From: Candidatus Eiseniibacteriota bacterium
GTDB taxonomy: Bacteria; Eisenbacteria; RBG-16-71-46
Reading direction: 5' to 3'
NCBI GenBank assembly: GCA_963725865.1
Contig: CAVSAC010000007.1
Location: forward strand, 1-28,387
DNA length: 28,387 nucleotides
This document shows, one piece after another, positions 18,644-28,173 of this stretch (position 1 is its first letter; each line of letters starts with the position of its first letter). A model generated the notes under the pieces. The model made no database searches. It worked only from the letters and a program-made list of their open reading frames with translations, and was not told the origin of the DNA. Made by a program: the position numbers and the translations under genes.

Positions 18644-20401
18644 ATGTCCACTCTCCCGGATCCCGGCGCACGCTCGAACAGCATGCGCGACCTCTCGCCG
18701 ATCGCGCACGCCACAGCCCTGTGGCTGCGGCAGCTGGCGCGCGCGCTGAGGACGATCCGGCTCTACCGCGGCGAGAACTCGGTCTCGACCCAGCTGCGCG
18801 ACAGCGTCGCCGAGAGCATCGAGCGCATCGTCAACGACTTCGGCGACGTCGACCTGCGCATCGGCGCGACCGAGATCCTGCTCGGCGGCGAACCCGTGGT
18901 GCAGCCGGCCGGACGCTCGGATGGTCTTCAGGACCCGGTCCAGGTTCTGCCGTTCACCTTCTACCGCGACGGCATCCGCCGCATCCGCGTCCTGCAGGGT
19001 GTGCCCCGCGCCCAGATCCACACCCTGGTCCAGGCGCTCACGCTGGTGAGCTCGGGACCGAACGCCCAGGACGACCTGGTGACGTTGCTGTGGCAGGGCA
19101 ACCTCTCGCACATCCTCATCGAGACCGTGCCGCTCGAGCAGACCATCTACCTCACCGCGCGTCGCCCCGGCGGTGGCGGCTCCGAGGGCGTGCGCGGGCA
19201 GTCCTACCTGCTGCATCCCGGCGGCGCCGAGATCCGCGCCGAGCTCGGCCAGGCGGCCGGGCCCCAGGGGCTGCATCGCGACACCTTCGACGACTGGCCG
19301 CTGCCCGAGCAGTGGCCCGACGCGGTGGACGTGTGGAGCCGCACCTTCGTCGCCATGGAGTCCTCGCTCGAGTTCTTCCTCGAGCGCTGCCGCGACGAGC
19401 TCGCCCGGCCCTGGACCGAGCCGGTCGGACCGATGATCCAGCGCATGCTGGCGATCGATCCGTCGGACACGATGCGGGTCGCGCTGGTGCGTGCCGCGGT
19501 GTCGTGGGTCGCCTCGGCGCTGCAGACCTGCGCCTGGGACGAGGCCCAGTCGGCACTGACCCAGCTGCGCGAGCTCGACCCCGACGGACACCTCGGCGAG
19601 CAGGATCTGGCCTCGGCGGTCGCCGGGCTCGATCACCAGCTCGTCACCGAGAGCCTCGACGCGGCCGAGGGCGAGGACCACTCGCGCTTCGCCGCCATCG
19701 TGGTGGCGATCGGCAGGCCCGCGCTCGACCTGGCGACCGCGGTGATGGCGCGCTCGGACAAGGTCCGCGTGCGCGCCGCGGCCTGCACCGCGCTCACCTA
19801 CCTGTGCGGCGATGACCCCACCCTGATGCGACCCTACGTCCAGGACTCCCGCTGGGAGATCGTGCGCAACAGCGTGTTCGTGCTGGGCCAGATCGGGGGC
19901 GTCGAGGTGGTGCCGCTGCTGCGGCTCGCCGCCACCAACCCCGAGTCGCGCGTGCGCCGCATGGTGGTCCAGGCCGCCGGCAACGTGCCGCGCGACTACC
20001 GCCTTCCCATCCTGGTGGCCCAGCTCGACAGCCGGGACCCCCAGGTGCTGGCCGCCGCGCTCAACATGCTGACGCGCGAGAAGAGCGCCAAGGTGGCGCG
20101 CTCCATCCTCGACCGCATCGAGGCACCCGACTTCGAGGCGCGCAGCGAGGACAACCAGCGCGCGCTCTTCAACGGGCTCGCCGAGGTCGCGGACGACAGC
20201 GTGGTGGGCCCGCTCGATCAGCTCCTCAACAAGGGCGGCTGGTTCGGCCGCCGCACGCTCGAGCGCGTCGCCGCGGCCCGCACCCTGCGCCGCATCGGCA
20301 GCGAGAAGGCGATGGCGGTGCTCGAAGCCGGCCTGCGCTCGCGCGTCGAAGCGGTGCGGGGCGCCTGTCTCGACGCCATGAGCTCCAGGATGCAGGCATG
20401 A
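18644..20401 (+). CDS. HEAT-repeat protein with an uncharacterised N-terminal domain
   Basis: Intact ORF with GGAAGG before ATG 18644. C-terminal HEAT/PBS-like repeats 'DSRWEIVRNSVFVLGQIGG', 'NPESRVRRMVVQA', 'RVAAARTLRRIGSEKA'. Confidence 0.85.
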   Translation: MSTLPDPGARSNSMRDLSPIAHATALWLRQLARALRTIRLYRGENSVSTQLRDSVAESIERIVNDFGDVDLRIGATEILLGGEPVVQPAGRSDGLQDPVQVLPFTFYRDGIRRIRVLQGVPRAQIHTLVQALTLVSSGPNAQDDLVTLLWQGNLSHILIETVPLEQTIYLTARRPGGGGSEGVRGQSYLLHPGGAEIRAELGQAAGPQGLHRDTFDDWPLPEQWPDAVDVWSRTFVAMESSLEFFLERCRDELARPWTEPVGPMIQRMLAIDPSDTMRVALVRAAVSWVASALQTCAWDEAQSALTQLRELDPDGHLGEQDLASAVAGLDHQLVTESLDAAEGEDHSRFAAIVVAIGRPALDLATAVMARSDKVRVRAAACTALTYLCGDDPTLMRPYVQDSRWEIVRNSVFVLGQIGGVEVVPLLRLAATNPESRVRRMVVQAAGNVPRDYRLPILVAQLDSRDPQVLAAALNMLTREKSAKVARSILDRIEAPDFEARSEDNQRALFNGLAEVADDSVVGPLDQLLNKGGWFGRRTLERVAAARTLRRIGSEKAMAVLEAGLRSRVEAVRGACLDAMSSRMQA

Positions 20402-21906
20402 GCCCCGCGCCCGCCGGCACGCCGCGGCCCTACGACGAGCGCCTGCGCGCGCTCGGCGATCAGCTGGTGCAGCGCTTCCTCGCGCTCATCCGCGTCGGGC
20501 GCTCCTACGAGGTCGGCAACCAGGTGTTCCGGATCCAGCTCGAGCACTTCCTCGCCGCCCTGCGTCCGGTGTTCGACGATTGCGACGAGGCGGTGCTGGT
20601 CACGCTCGAGAACGACCTCTACCTGAACGGCGTGCGCATCCCGGTCAAGAACCAGACCTTCAAGTCGCACGAGATGCTCCGCGTCGAGCTCGATCGGCGC
20701 CGCATCGCCGGCCTGAGGGTGTCGAAGGAGGTGCGCGAGGAGGAGGTGCAGCGCTTCTTCGCGATGTTCCTGCACCCCGGCGACTACCACGGCACCGGAC
20801 TGCTCGAGGCTTGCCTGGCCGAGGGCCTGGACACCATCCAGCCGGCGGTGCACGCCACCACCTCGGCGCCCGACGCCATCGGCTACGGCGGTGGAGCCGG
20901 GCCGCAGCTGCTGGCCTCGTACGAGTTCGACGACAGCAGCCCCGAGAGCGGCCCGCCCACCGCCCCGGGAGAGCCCGGTGACGCGCCGCGCGGCGCCGCG
21001 CCCAAGTCGTACCAGGCCGCGGTGGCCGGAGCGCGCTCGCTGCTCATGACCACCGCGCTGCACGACGCGATCGAGATGCGCCACGCCAAGCGCGTGGTGC
21101 AGCCGCTCGTCGATGGCGCGTACGCCGACGAGCCGGTGGTGCTGGGGCTCTCGTCGATGGGGCACCACGACGAGTACACCTACATGCACGCGGTCAACGT
21201 CGGCATGATCGCGGTCACGATCGGCCACTTCCTCGGCCTCGACCGCCGCGCGCTCGCCGACCTCGGCGTCGCCGCGCTGCTGCACGATGTCGGCAAGTCC
21301 GCCGTCGGCGGCCAGGTGAAGCACCCGATCGCCGAGTGGACGAGCGAGGAGGCCGCGGCCGCCGAGCGCCACACCCTCGAGGGCGCGCGCCAGATCGCCC
21401 GCTCGACCGTGCTCAACGGCACCACGCTGCGCTGCATGCGGGTGGCGCTCGAGCACCACGCCGGCCCGGGCGGTTATCCGCGCCTGGACGGCTGGACGCC
21501 GAGCGTGCTGTCGCAGATCGTCACGGTCGCCGACTGCTACGTGAACCTGTTGTCCCACCGCAGCCCGCGCGGGCAGGTGGTCACACCGAACCAGGCCATC
21601 GGCATGATGCTCGGCCCGCTCTCGTCCCGGTTCGAGCCGGCGCTGCTGTGGGCGCTGGTGCGCTCGGTCGGGCTGTTCCCGCCGGGGCAGATGGTGGAGC
21701 TCAACGACGGATCCAAAGCCGTGGTGCTCAAACCCAACCCCAAGGATCTGTTGCGGCCGCACGTGCGCGTGGTCACCACGCCCGAGGGCGACTGGCTGCC
21801 CGAGGCCGAGCGCGTCGACCATCGCCCGCTCGGCACCGAGCTCGGCATCCGCTACGCGCTGCGCGCCGAGGACTACCCCGGCGCGGCGGAGCACCGCGCC
21901 GCCTAG
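20398..21906 (+). CDS. HD-GYP-type cyclic-nucleotide phosphodiesterase-like protein
   Basis: 'HDEYTYMHAVNV', 'LLHDVGK', 'RHTLEG', 'EHHAGPGGYP', 'IVTVADCY' and the C-terminal 'GLFPPGQMVELNDG..AVV' extension. ATGA overlap with the upstream gene. Confidence 0.88.
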   Translation: MSPAPAGTPRPYDERLRALGDQLVQRFLALIRVGRSYEVGNQVFRIQLEHFLAALRPVFDDCDEAVLVTLENDLYLNGVRIPVKNQTFKSHEMLRVELDRRRIAGLRVSKEVREEEVQRFFAMFLHPGDYHGTGLLEACLAEGLDTIQPAVHATTSAPDAIGYGGGAGPQLLASYEFDDSSPESGPPTAPGEPGDAPRGAAPKSYQAAVAGARSLLMTTALHDAIEMRHAKRVVQPLVDGAYADEPVVLGLSSMGHHDEYTYMHAVNVGMIAVTIGHFLGLDRRALADLGVAALLHDVGKSAVGGQVKHPIAEWTSEEAAAAERHTLEGARQIARSTVLNGTTLRCMRVALEHHAGPGGYPRLDGWTPSVLSQIVTVADCYVNLLSHRSPRGQVVTPNQAIGMMLGPLSSRFEPALLWALVRSVGLFPPGQMVELNDGSKAVVLKPNPKDLLRPHVRVVTTPEGDWLPEAERVDHRPLGTELGIRYALRAEDYPGAAEHRAA

Positions 21907-22008
21907 ACGGATCTGCGGCGGACCGGGCCGCTCCCGGAGGGCTTGAGGCCGCGGCCGCGCGCCCCTCCCCGAGGGCGAGGTCGGAAGCCCAGCGGACGCC
22001 GCGCGGTC

Positions 22009-23625
22009 TCAGGCGGCGTCGCGGGTGGCGTCGCGGGCGGTGCGCGGCCCGGACATCGGCTCGGCGAGCGCCATCGGCAGGCGCACCCAGAAGGTGCTGC
22101 CCTCGCCCGGGCGGCTGTTCACGCCCACGTGCCCGCCGTGCAGCTCGGTGATGCGCTTGACCAGGTGCAGCCCGATGCCGAGCCCGCCGCGCGCCGCCGG
22201 TCACGCCCTCGATGCCCTGACCGAACAGCTCGAAGATGTGCGCCGCCGTCCTCGGGCCGCACCCCGGGACCGTCGTCCTGCACCTCGATGCGCACGAAGT
22301 CCTCCTCCTGCGCCGTGCGCACCATCACGCGTCCGCTGCTCGCGGGCTGAACTTGATGGCGTTCACGAGCAGGTTCACCACCACCTGGCGGATCTTCACC
22401 TCGTCGACCTGCAGCGGCGGCAGCGTCGTCCGCGAACGCCGTCCACGACCGACACGCCGCGCTTGTTCGCCAGCGAGCGCGAGGTCTCGACCGCCGCGTG
22501 GGTGAGCTCCCGCGACCGCGACCGCGACGCGCTTGAGCACCAGCTTGCCGCTCTCGAGGCGCGACAGGTCGAGGATGTCGTCGATCAGCCCCAGCAGGCG
22601 GCCGGCCTCGCCGCGCAGGCGGCGCACGAACTCGCCGCGCTGGTCGCGCGTCAGCCGGCCCTCGTTGTCGTCGAGCAGCTCGGCGTAGGCGATCACCGAG
22701 GTGAGCGGCGTCTTGAGCTCGTGGCTGGCGGTCGAGAGGAAGACGTCCTTCATGCGGTCCGGTCTCGACCAGCTTCTCGTTGTCGGCCTCGAGCTCGCGC
22801 GCGCGCGTGCCGAGGCGCTCCATGATCTCGGCGCGGTCGATCACCGCGGCGATGTGCTCGCCGAACACCTGCAGCACCTCGAGGTGGTGCTCGCTCGAAG
22901 CGGCTCGGGGTGGTTGATGCGGTTGACGTTGAGCACGCCGACGCACGCGCTCGCCGATCGCCAGCGGCAGCGACACCGCGGAGGTGATGTGGCGGTTGGT
23001 CTTGTAGTGGCGGCCCAGCTCGTCGGGCGAGGCGCTTCTCGGCCGAGCAGCACCGCCTCGCTGGCGCATCGCGACCCAGCCGGCGATGCCCTCGCCGAGG
23101 CGCTTCTTGCGCGCGGCGCGCGCGAACTCGGACTCGAGGCCGTAGGACGCGCGCGTCACGAGCACCCCGGTCTCGGGGTCGTAGGATCATGATCGAGGCC
23201 TGCTGCGCGCGGAGCGTGGAGACGACGCGGCGCACGATGATCTCGAGGATGACGTCGAGGCGCAGCTGCAGGTTGCAGCGTGGTCGAGACCTGGAACAGC
23301 GCCGACAGCTCGGAGAGCCGCGGTGCGGACGTCCTCGCGTCCGTGCTCCTCGCGCTGCAGCGCGTCGCGCATGCGGTTCAGCTCGCGCTGCTTGAGCACG
23401 GTGTAGAGGCAGAACAGCACGATCAGGCCGGCGAGCACGATCAGCTGCACGAGGTCGTCCCCGGGGGACGGCGACCCTCGCGCCGCGCCCGAGCGCCGGA
23501 GCAGCGGCAGGTAGAGCGCCGGGATCGAGGTGGTGAGCGCGAGCAGGAGCACGAACGTCACCGCCCACAACAGCCAGCCCGCGCGGACGAGTCGATCCCA
23601 CTTCGGTGCGGGGTCGGTGGCTCAT
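22009..23625 (-). CDS. membrane sensor histidine kinase (2 TM, GAF, HisKA, HATPase; frameshifted)
   Basis: GAF '[10 protein letters not shown]', 'SAVSLPL', 'VGVLNVN'. H-box '[12 protein letters not shown]', N-box '[10 protein letters not shown]', G1 'VQDDGPGV', G2 '[18 protein letters not shown]', and '[11 protein letters not shown]'. Confidence 0.92.
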
Positions 23626-23765
23626 GAGGAGACTCCCTGCCTCTGGGGGGCGTCCAGGCGTGCGCGGCGGCGCCCGGTGGCGGGGTTATCGGCCGATCGG
23701 TCCCGGCGACGGACTCCGGGCGCTTTTCGGCCGCCGCGCCGTCGCGCCGGCTAGATTGCCGCTCC

Positions 23766-25790
23766 GTGAACCCCCTCCGCCGTCCTCCGGCTGGCTGGCC
23801 GCGCTGCTCCCGCCGCCGGGCTGGTCGCGCTCTACGCCGGCGCGCTGGCACCGGCTTCCTCAACGACGACTACCTGTTCCTCGAGGACGCGCGCACGCGG
23901 CCGGTGCGCCAGTCCTGCCGAGCCGGGGGCGCTCGGCAACTACTTCCGGCCGCTGTCGCGCCAGCTCTGGTTCGCCTCCCTCGCTCCGCTCGCGGGCGGC
24001 GCGCCGCTGGTGTTCCACCTCGCCAGCCTCGCGCTGTTCCTCGGCGCGCTCGCGCTGCTCCTGGACCTGCTGCTCGCGCTCGCGCCGGCCGGTGCGGCGA
24101 TCGCCGGGGCCCTGGTGCTTCGCGCTCCTGCCGTTCCAGCGCGTGAACCTGACCTGGGTCTCGTGCTGCCAGGACCTGCTCGCGCTGGTCGGCGTGCTCG
24201 CGGCCTTCGCGCTCTTCCGCCGCGGCCGGACCACGTCCGCCGCGCTCGCCTACCTGGTCGCCTCGCTCGGCAAGGAGTCCGCGCTGCCGCTGCCCGTCGC
24301 GCTCGCCGCCTGGGACCTGTGGATCGAGCGCCGTCCGGCGCGCGCGCTCGGGCCCCGGCTGGCGCCGCTGCTGGGGGTGGCCCTGGGCTGGGGCGCGCTG
24401 CTGGTGGTGTGCGCGCGCGCCATCGGCGGCGGCCGCGGTGCTCCGGCTCGAGCCGGCCGACTTCCTCGCCGGGCTCGTGCACGGCGCGCAAGCCGTGCTC
24501 GGGCTCGACGACCCGCCGAGCTTCGCCGCGGCGCTGGTGTCGCGCCTGCCCGATCCGGCGGCGCTCGCGCTGCTCGCCCCGCTCGCGCTCTGGCGATCGG
24601 CCGCGGCGCCGCGGCGGGCACCACGGCCCCCACGCGCGCCGCGCGGGCGTGCCGTGGCCGCGTTCGCGCTCGCGTGGCTGGTGGCCTTCGCGCTGCGTGA
24701 CGGGTCCGGTGAGCTACTCGTGGAGCTCGTACTACTACCTGCTCACCGCGGTCGGCGCCGCGGCGCTCGTCGCGCTCGCCTGTCGTCGCTCGACCGTGCC
24801 GGCGCGCTGGCGCTGATCGTGGCGCTGGTGTGGTGGCACTCGCGGCGTCACCTCGGTGCGTGCGTTCGCGGTGCGCGACGGGCGCTGGAGCTGGACCTCG
24901 CACCTCACGTCGTACTACTTCGAGCGCGCCGCGCGGCTCACCGCCGACCTGTCCCGCGAGCTGCGAGCGGCCGAGCCCGCGCCCCCGCCCGGCACGCGCT
25001 TCTTCTTCGCCATCCTGCCGCCGTGGGCGGGGTTCCAGATGGGCAACGGCGCCCGGTGCGCGCGCTCTACCGCGACACCTCGCTCGAGTCGCACTTCTAC
25101 TCGGCGTTCTCCGACACCACCGCGGCCGAGCGGCCGTGCCGGTTCCTGTTCTGGGACGGCGACTCGTTGCGCCAGCTCTACGGCCAGCGCGCGCGATCCG
25201 TTCTTCCAGGTCGGCGGCGACCTGCTGCTGCTCGACCGGCCCGCCGGCGCGGTGCACGCGTTCCGCCGCGGGCTGGCGGCGGGGGGCGATCCGCGCGACC
25301 ACCTCTACTGGCTCGGCTGGGCCCAGCTCTGGAACGGGCGCGCGCGAGGCTGGCCGAGTCCGCGTGGGCAGCGTTCGGCGCCGCCGACGACACGCTGGCG
25401 TGGCGCGCGTGGCTGGCGCGGCGCGCGCCGCGCTCGAGGACAGCGCGACACGCTCGCGGCGCGGCGCCAGCTGCTCGGGGCGCATCCACGCTGGCGTCGG
25501 GCGACCCGAGCCGCACGCCGTGCTCGGCGAGCTCCTGCTGCGCGTGCAGCCCCAAGTACGCGCTGCTCGAGACCAAGGTCCGGCGAGCCTGGCTCGCCCG
25601 TCGCGACTCGATGGCGCGGCGCGCGCTGTCGCGGGCGCTGACGGACGCGCGGCTCGACGATGCCGCGCGCGGCGCGAGCTGGCCGAGCGATCGCAGAGGC
25701 GTGGCCCGCATGGCGCGGCGACACGCCGCGGTGGCGCGCGGCCGATGCGGTGCTGGGCGCGAGATCCGGGGTCGGGCGGCGTCGCGACGC
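23766..25790 (+). CDS. polytopic membrane protein, GT-C-fold glycosyltransferase-like, with a C-terminal TPR-like helical region (heavily frameshifted, end approximate)
   Basis: After the first TM come 'GFLNDDYLFL' and 'NYFRPLS', then 'FHLASLALF', 'SLGKESAL.LP' and many TM segments. The C-terminal 'AVHAFRRGLA...HLYWLGWA' is TPR-like. Confidence 0.65.
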
Positions 25791-25823
25791 GGCCCTTGCC
25801 GCACGCAATCCAACGGAGGAACG

Positions 25824-26834
25824 ATGAAGCGAGGACGGTCAGGTGATCGAGTTCGAGAGCGCGGTGCTCCGCGGCAACCCGGCGGGCGACCCGCACGTCC
25901 GGCGCATCCCGGTCTACCTGCCGCCGTCGTACGCCGACGAGCCCGCGCGCCGCTACCCGGTGCTCTACGTGCTCACCGGCTTCACCGGGCGCGGCCGCAT
26001 GCTGCTCAACGACAACCCGTGGTCGCCCGTCGCTCGACGACCGCCTCGACGCGCTGGTCGCCGCGGGCGCTGCGGCGAGATGATCGTGGTGATGCCCGAC
26101 TGCTTCGACGCGCTTCGGCGGCTCGCAGTACATCGACTCGACCGCGACCGGCCGCTACGGCGACGCACCTGGTCCGGCGAGCTGGTGCCGTGGATCGACG
26201 CGCACTTCCGCACCCTCGCGGCGCGCGAGGCCCGCGGGGTCGCGGGCAAGTCGTCGGGCGGCTTCGGCGCGATCACGCTCGGCATGAAGCACGCGGACGT
26301 CTTCGGCGCGGTCGCCTGCCACAGCGGCGACATGTTCTTCGAGTACTGCTACGCGGCGACCTCCCGAAGACGTGCTCGGTCTCTGCAGGAGGCCGGCGGC
26401 GTCGCGCGCGTTCCTCGAGCGGTTCGAGGCCGACACCAGAAGGGCAAGGACGACTTCTCTCGCGCTCAACATCCTCGCCATGGCCGCCTGCTACTCGCCC
26501 GACCCGGCCGCGGAGCTGGGCATCGCCCTGCCCTTCGACCTCGCGACCGGCGCGTGCGCGACGACGTGTGGCGCGCGCTGGCTCGCGCACGACCCGCTGC
26601 GCCTGGTGGCCGGGCACGCCGACGCGCTGCGCTCGCTGCAAGCTGCTGTACCTCGACTGCGGCACGAACGACGAGTTCCACCTGCACCACGGCGCGCGGC
26701 GCTTCGTGCGCGAGCTGAAGCGCGCTCGGCGTGCCCCACCACTACGAGGAGTTCGACGACGGGCACATGAACGTTACCTACCGCTACGACACGAGCCTGC
26801 CGATGCTGGCGGCGCGCTCGGGGCGACGCTCTGA
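25824..26834 (+). CDS. alpha/beta-hydrolase, putative esterase (enterochelin-esterase-like family; frameshifted)
   Basis: GGAGG RBS. 'VYLPPSY...RYPVLYVL.GFTG', 'IVVMPD', 'ELVPWIDAHFRT', nucleophile elbow 'GKSSGG', 'LYLDCGTNDEF', 'EEFDDGH'. Confidence 0.9.
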   Translation: MKRGRSGDRVRERGAPRQPGGRPARPAHPGLPAAVVRRRARAPLPGALRAHRLHRARPHAAQRQPVVARRSTTASTRWSPRALRRDDRGDARLLRRASAARSTSTRPRPAATATHLVRRAGAVDRRALPHPRGARGPRGRGQVVGRLRRDHARHEARGRLRRGRLPQRRHVLRVLLRGDLPKTCSVSAGGRRRRARSSSGSRPTPEGQGRLLSRSTSSPWPPATRPTRPRSWASPCPSTSRPARARRRVARAGSRTTRCAWWPGTPTRCARCKLLYLDCGTNDEFHLHHGARRFVRELKRARRAPPLRGVRRRAHERYLPLRHEPADAGGALGATL

Positions 26835-26862
26835 GACGTCCGCGGGCGGGGCGAGCGGAGCG

Positions 26863-27111
26863 ATAATAACGCCCCCGGCGCGGGCCTCGTGCGCACCGGG
26901 GGCCAGGTCCGAAGTGGAGAGATGCCAACTCCGCGCGGTCGGGACCTCATCCTCGACCGCGCCCGGGATCGAGCGCACGCATCCCGTGGCGAGGGCCCGG
27001 CCGGATCGTCGCGACCGAGTTCACCTGTTCTCGCGGCCGGACCCAGAGTCCTTACCGGGCGCTTGGACAGGCAGTGACGCGACCGAGTTCACCGGTCGAG
27101 CCCGTCTCCGC
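26863..27111 (-). ncRNA. candidate structured non-coding RNA (family not recognised)
   Basis: Intergenic with no credible ORF. It has consecutive stems and a 16-nt direct repeat, an upstream TTGACG-N17-CACGCT, and a downstream GC hairpin plus TTATTAT tail on the minus strand. Confidence 0.5.
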
Positions 27112-27160
27112 TTATAGCGTGGTGCCGCATCGCGCGAGCGTCAATCCCCCCACCGAGGAT

Positions 27161-27188
27161 TTGCCAGCGCTTCACGTTGTGATAGAAC
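27161..27188 (+). promoter_or_regulatory. putative sigma70 promoter of the MFS gene with an internal palindrome
   Basis: TTGCCA-N16-TAGAAC with a TGn extension. TCAC-GTT-GTGA inverted repeat at 27172-27182. Confidence 0.45.
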
Positions 27189-27290
27189 GCGGGCGAGCCC
27201 CTCCGTCGCGAGGCACCCCCCGGATCCGCCGGCCTCTTCCGGCCGACTCGAGCCCCACCCACCTCCGCACCCGGGACGACATCGACGCCC

Positions 27291-27860
27291 ATGAGCGCCA
27301 CCGTCACCGCCCCGCTCCCCGTGAACCGCGAGACGCGCCGGAACGTGCGCCTCGGGGTGGCCAACGGCGCGCTCTACCAGGCGGGTGAAGGCTTCATCGA
27401 CTCCGGCACCGTCATCCCGGTGCTGCTGTCGCGGCTCACCGCGTCCAACGCGCTGATCGGGCTGGGCTCCTCGCTCTCCGACCTGGGCTGGCTGCTACCG
27501 CAGTTCCTGGTGACGCCGTGGCTGGCGCGCTACCCGCACCAGCTCTGGCTCTACCGTCGCGCCGCGGTGGTGCGCGGGCTGGCGCTCGCGGTGCTGGCGG
27601 CGCTCGCGTTCCCGCTGCTCCACCACCCGCGCGTGATGCTGTGGGTGTTCATGGGGTGCTACGCCGTCTATGCCTTCGGCGCCGGCGCCAGCGCGGTGTC
27701 GTTCATGGAGGTGGTGGGCAAGACGGTGCCGCGCGACCGGCTGTCGTCGTTCTGGTCGCAGCGTCTGTTCTGGGGCGGCACGCTGGCGGCGCTGGCGGGC
27801 TTCGGGGTGCGCGAGGTGCTCAAGCTCCCCTCCCAGAACGCGCAGTACGTGATCCTGTTC
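27291..27860 (+). CDS. MFS-like transporter, N-terminal half (truncated at a junction)
   Basis: About 6 TM segments: 'FIDSGTVIPV', 'GWLLPQFL', 'SFMEVVGKTVPRDRLSSFWSQR..WGG', 'YVILF'. Sequence character changes abruptly after 27860. Confidence 0.8.
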
Positions 27861-28173
27861 GAGGCGCGGGTCTTGGGATCCCAGACGCTCCACAGCTTGC
27901 CGGGTAATCCTTGTTGCGGCTTTCGAACCAGCCGTTGAACACCTTGATGGCGACGTTCTGCCCGTCGTTCAATCGATGCTCCATGGCGCTGTCGACCAGC
28001 GAGTTGAGCGATTTCAGCTCGTTCTCGGCGAAGGTGCGCAGTTTGGTTTCGAGGCCGGAATATTCGAACCAGCCGATCACGATCAACGTCGCTGCCGCGA
28101 GCGCAAGGACACCGATGCTGGAAACAAGCATAAAGCGGGCCTGCAGCCCGCGGGCTTTCCAATTGAGCGCCAT
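27861..28173 (-). CDS. N-terminal fragment of a membrane-anchored sensor (chemoreceptor-like), truncated; probably from another genome
   Basis: 'MALNWKARGLQARFMLVSSIGVLALAAATLIVIGWFEY' gives one TM followed by a periplasmic helical domain '...KVFNGWFESRNKDYPGKLWSVWDPK' (one frameshift). GC is markedly lower than in the rest of the window. Confidence 0.6.

Noticed and set aside
8024..26133. Numerous long Arg/Ala/Pro-rich ORFs antisense to or overlapping real genes (e.g. 8024-10054 +, 14111-15724 +, 20218-21894 -, 24250-26133 -)
   Set aside because: These are shadow ORFs expected in very GC-rich DNA. They have no motifs, and the opposite strand carries recognisable genes.
26905..26990. tmRNA/tRNA-like 3' end (CTCCAC) or SRP RNA on the minus strand
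   Set aside because: There is no proper T-arm at the right spacing, no CCA, and no SRP helix-8 GGAA/AGCAG motif.
27010..27093. 16-nt direct repeat as a mini-CRISPR
   Set aside because: There are only two short copies, the intervening sequence is self-complementary, and no cas genes are nearby.
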